Shown here: positions 59,992 to 62,000 of the stretch, one piece after another
How positions within the stretch are numbered: the stretch's first letter is position 1
Layout: each line of letters begins with the position of its first letter
Assembly (NCBI RefSeq): GCF_001949145.1
Contig: NW_019091403.1
Span: 1,178,001 to 1,240,000, forward strand
Reading direction: 5' to 3'
DNA from: Acanthaster planci
Lineage: Eukaryota
Length of the DNA: 62,000 nt
Program-made: the position numbers and the translations under genes
Notes under the pieces: generated by a model
Told to the model about the DNA's origin: nothing
Seen by the model: only the letters and a program-made list of their open reading frames with translations
Database searches by the model: none

Positions 59992-62000
59992 ACACAGGTG
60001 CTTGAAAATCAACATGATAAAACCCAAAGAGTTTTTACTGTCCCCAGATTTGCTAGGCACACACTCTCAACACTTATCTACAGTTTTAAGAGTCTTGTAA
60101 ATGACAGAAGACCCGCATTTCTACACTTAATCTTTGGATTCAGATAATTTTGCAGGGTTTGTTTGAGTCATGGAAAACCTGGAAAGTCATGGAATTTAAT
60201 TCATGAGAAAGAGTATGAACTCTGTTTTGTGTGGCACATCTTTGAGGTTTCGCATTCGGCTGTTTGCTTTAAAACTTTTTAACGTCTGATATTGATTTGA
60301 TGTGGTATTTTGCATCATACTTTCAAACTACTCCAGAGAAAAGTTAACTTCCAGAAAACTCATAAAACTTATTATCTGCAGGAAAAAAATGGTTTTATGA
60401 TGGTCTCATTAAAAGTACTTAAGCCTCCTGAGAGAAAGAAAATGGGCGAAGAAAACAGCTTTGTTGAACGAAGGTGAAGTGTCTTAATTAAAAATGTTGT
60501 TGAATATTAAGATAGTTCGAGATTGTTATCATCTGTATATAGTATTTATTGTCACTTATCAAAGAGCGTCATGGTTTACGATAACGTTAATATTGTATTC
60601 TGTGAAACATTTGTAAATAAATTCTTCTTGTTGCAGTGCTGTTCTCTGCGTGTCGTATTTGTCAGTTCTTGTCTGCAAAACGTCAGAGAGATATTTGTTA
60701 CGCTTGTAACACCTAGCCTAAACCGGCACTTTACCGAAACCGGCATGACCTCCCATTCCCGTTAAATTCCCTCCCGAGTTGATATCCTGGGAAAAAAATA
60801 ACACACGTCATGATCCAATCTGGAACTGGTTACGGATGAATACCAAGAAAGTGAACACATGGCAAATGTTATTGTTTTAATAAGATCACGGAATTAGGGA
60901 TAGTCGTGGCAAGAGACAGAAAAAAGGCTACCTTCGACGGGAGTGTACTGACCGGTGATGAACCAGAAATTGGCAAATTGGTGACATTACGATAAGGACT
61001 TTAAGGACAGACATTTCGCTCTTCTGATTGAGGGGTTAATATGTAACCTAGATGCTTGAATAGTTTCTAAAGACAAGATACACTCCAATTTTTCTCGATG
61101 ACGGTTTATAGTGGATTGATTTCGAAGATGAAAAATGTATGCAACGGTGTGCAATTGCGTACATTGGGATTCCATGTCGTCTACAAACCAAACGTCAGAA
61201 AGATTAGAGCACTGTGCTCCTTGGTGTCCTGTTGGAACGATTTTGTTTCAAAGATGAGTCGGTTTATTACTAGAGGAGGCACTAATGATGCGAAATTTCC
61301 TTTGGGATATAACTGCTGGATCTCTGCGGTCACCGGAAATCCAAATGTTTGGCGATGTAGGAAAATGCGTGAAATGGCAGATTTCAAAGAGGTCAACAAT
61401 TAACGTTCGCAAAGGACGGAAGGTGGAAAAGCCCTTTTTGAAGAGAATGTTTATTAACAAACATCGTAGCAACTTCACCGAATATTGGAGGGAAATGGTT
61501 CATTTGACATTTTTCCGGCATTTTTCAATCGACATTATTGTGCTTGTGCTGTATCATGCTGGTATAAATTCTTTTTAAATGGCCAACTTGGCCAAAGTAG
61601 AAAACTTTAAATTTGACCACTGGTTTCCTTTCAGAAGAAGAAATTTTGATTGAATCATTGTTTTCTCTATTGGATGATCATTTCCCCCCACAGTATTGAG
61701 TATTTACATTTAAACACATCTGCGTCACCTTGGAATCCAGCCCTATCATCCTAGTTGCAGCTTCCGTAAACTATATCTCTGCGGTGACCAGAAAAAAACC
61801 GGAACAGGAGCAGTGTAGACACAGCCAAAGAGAGGAAACAGTAGGCGGATGTGAACAAAAGCCTTGTCCTCTTATAGCTAGATAACCAATCAGCAAATCA
61901 TTGTGATGTGAGAGGGTGCATCTAATGAAAAGTGGTGTGAAATGCCATTGTTTTAAGTTTATGTGACTGAGCAGTTTTATTTTGGTGGTTAACTCGAGTC

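Noticed and set aside
60900..61640. CpG-richer segment with several overlapping short ORFs; similar segment at ~42470-43440
   Set aside because: No recognisable protein motif or exon structure; may be DNA-transposon remnants, but I could not define matching termini.

Overview
Gene-dense, intron-rich animal genomic DNA, not prokaryotic. It looks like an invertebrate deuterostome, plausibly an echinoderm, but that is inference from intron style, repeats and protein similarity. There are two assembly gaps (45561-46295, 47129-47507). Spliced genes reconstructed by hand from splice sites and protein homology, in order: NR2E1/tailless (+, 4130-8361, first coding exon not located), AFG1L/LACE1 (-, 9687-15317), SNX3/12 (+, 16848-18455), PPIL6 (-, 23153-26566), UFL1 (-, 28012-37622), and an unrecognised coiled-coil gene (+, 37846 to at least 45560, probably ending at 59991) head-to-head with UFL1. 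Nested antisense in that last gene are a single-exon class A GPCR (48447-49484) and a 212-aa ORF with T5orf172/Mug113-type GIY-YIG nuclease motifs (56959-57597), preceded by a frameshifted, decayed copy of the same domain (~57997-58523). Most notable: (1) this unexpected nuclease-like gene and its relic; (2) an ancient linkage block matching human 6q16-q21, with the AFG1L/SNX3 pair inverted relative to NR2E1; (3) a cluster of CTCF-like motifs between the developmental gene and its housekeeping neighbours. Tandem repeats, MITEs, SINE fragments and GC-AG donors are also described. All calls were made by eye; no searches were run.
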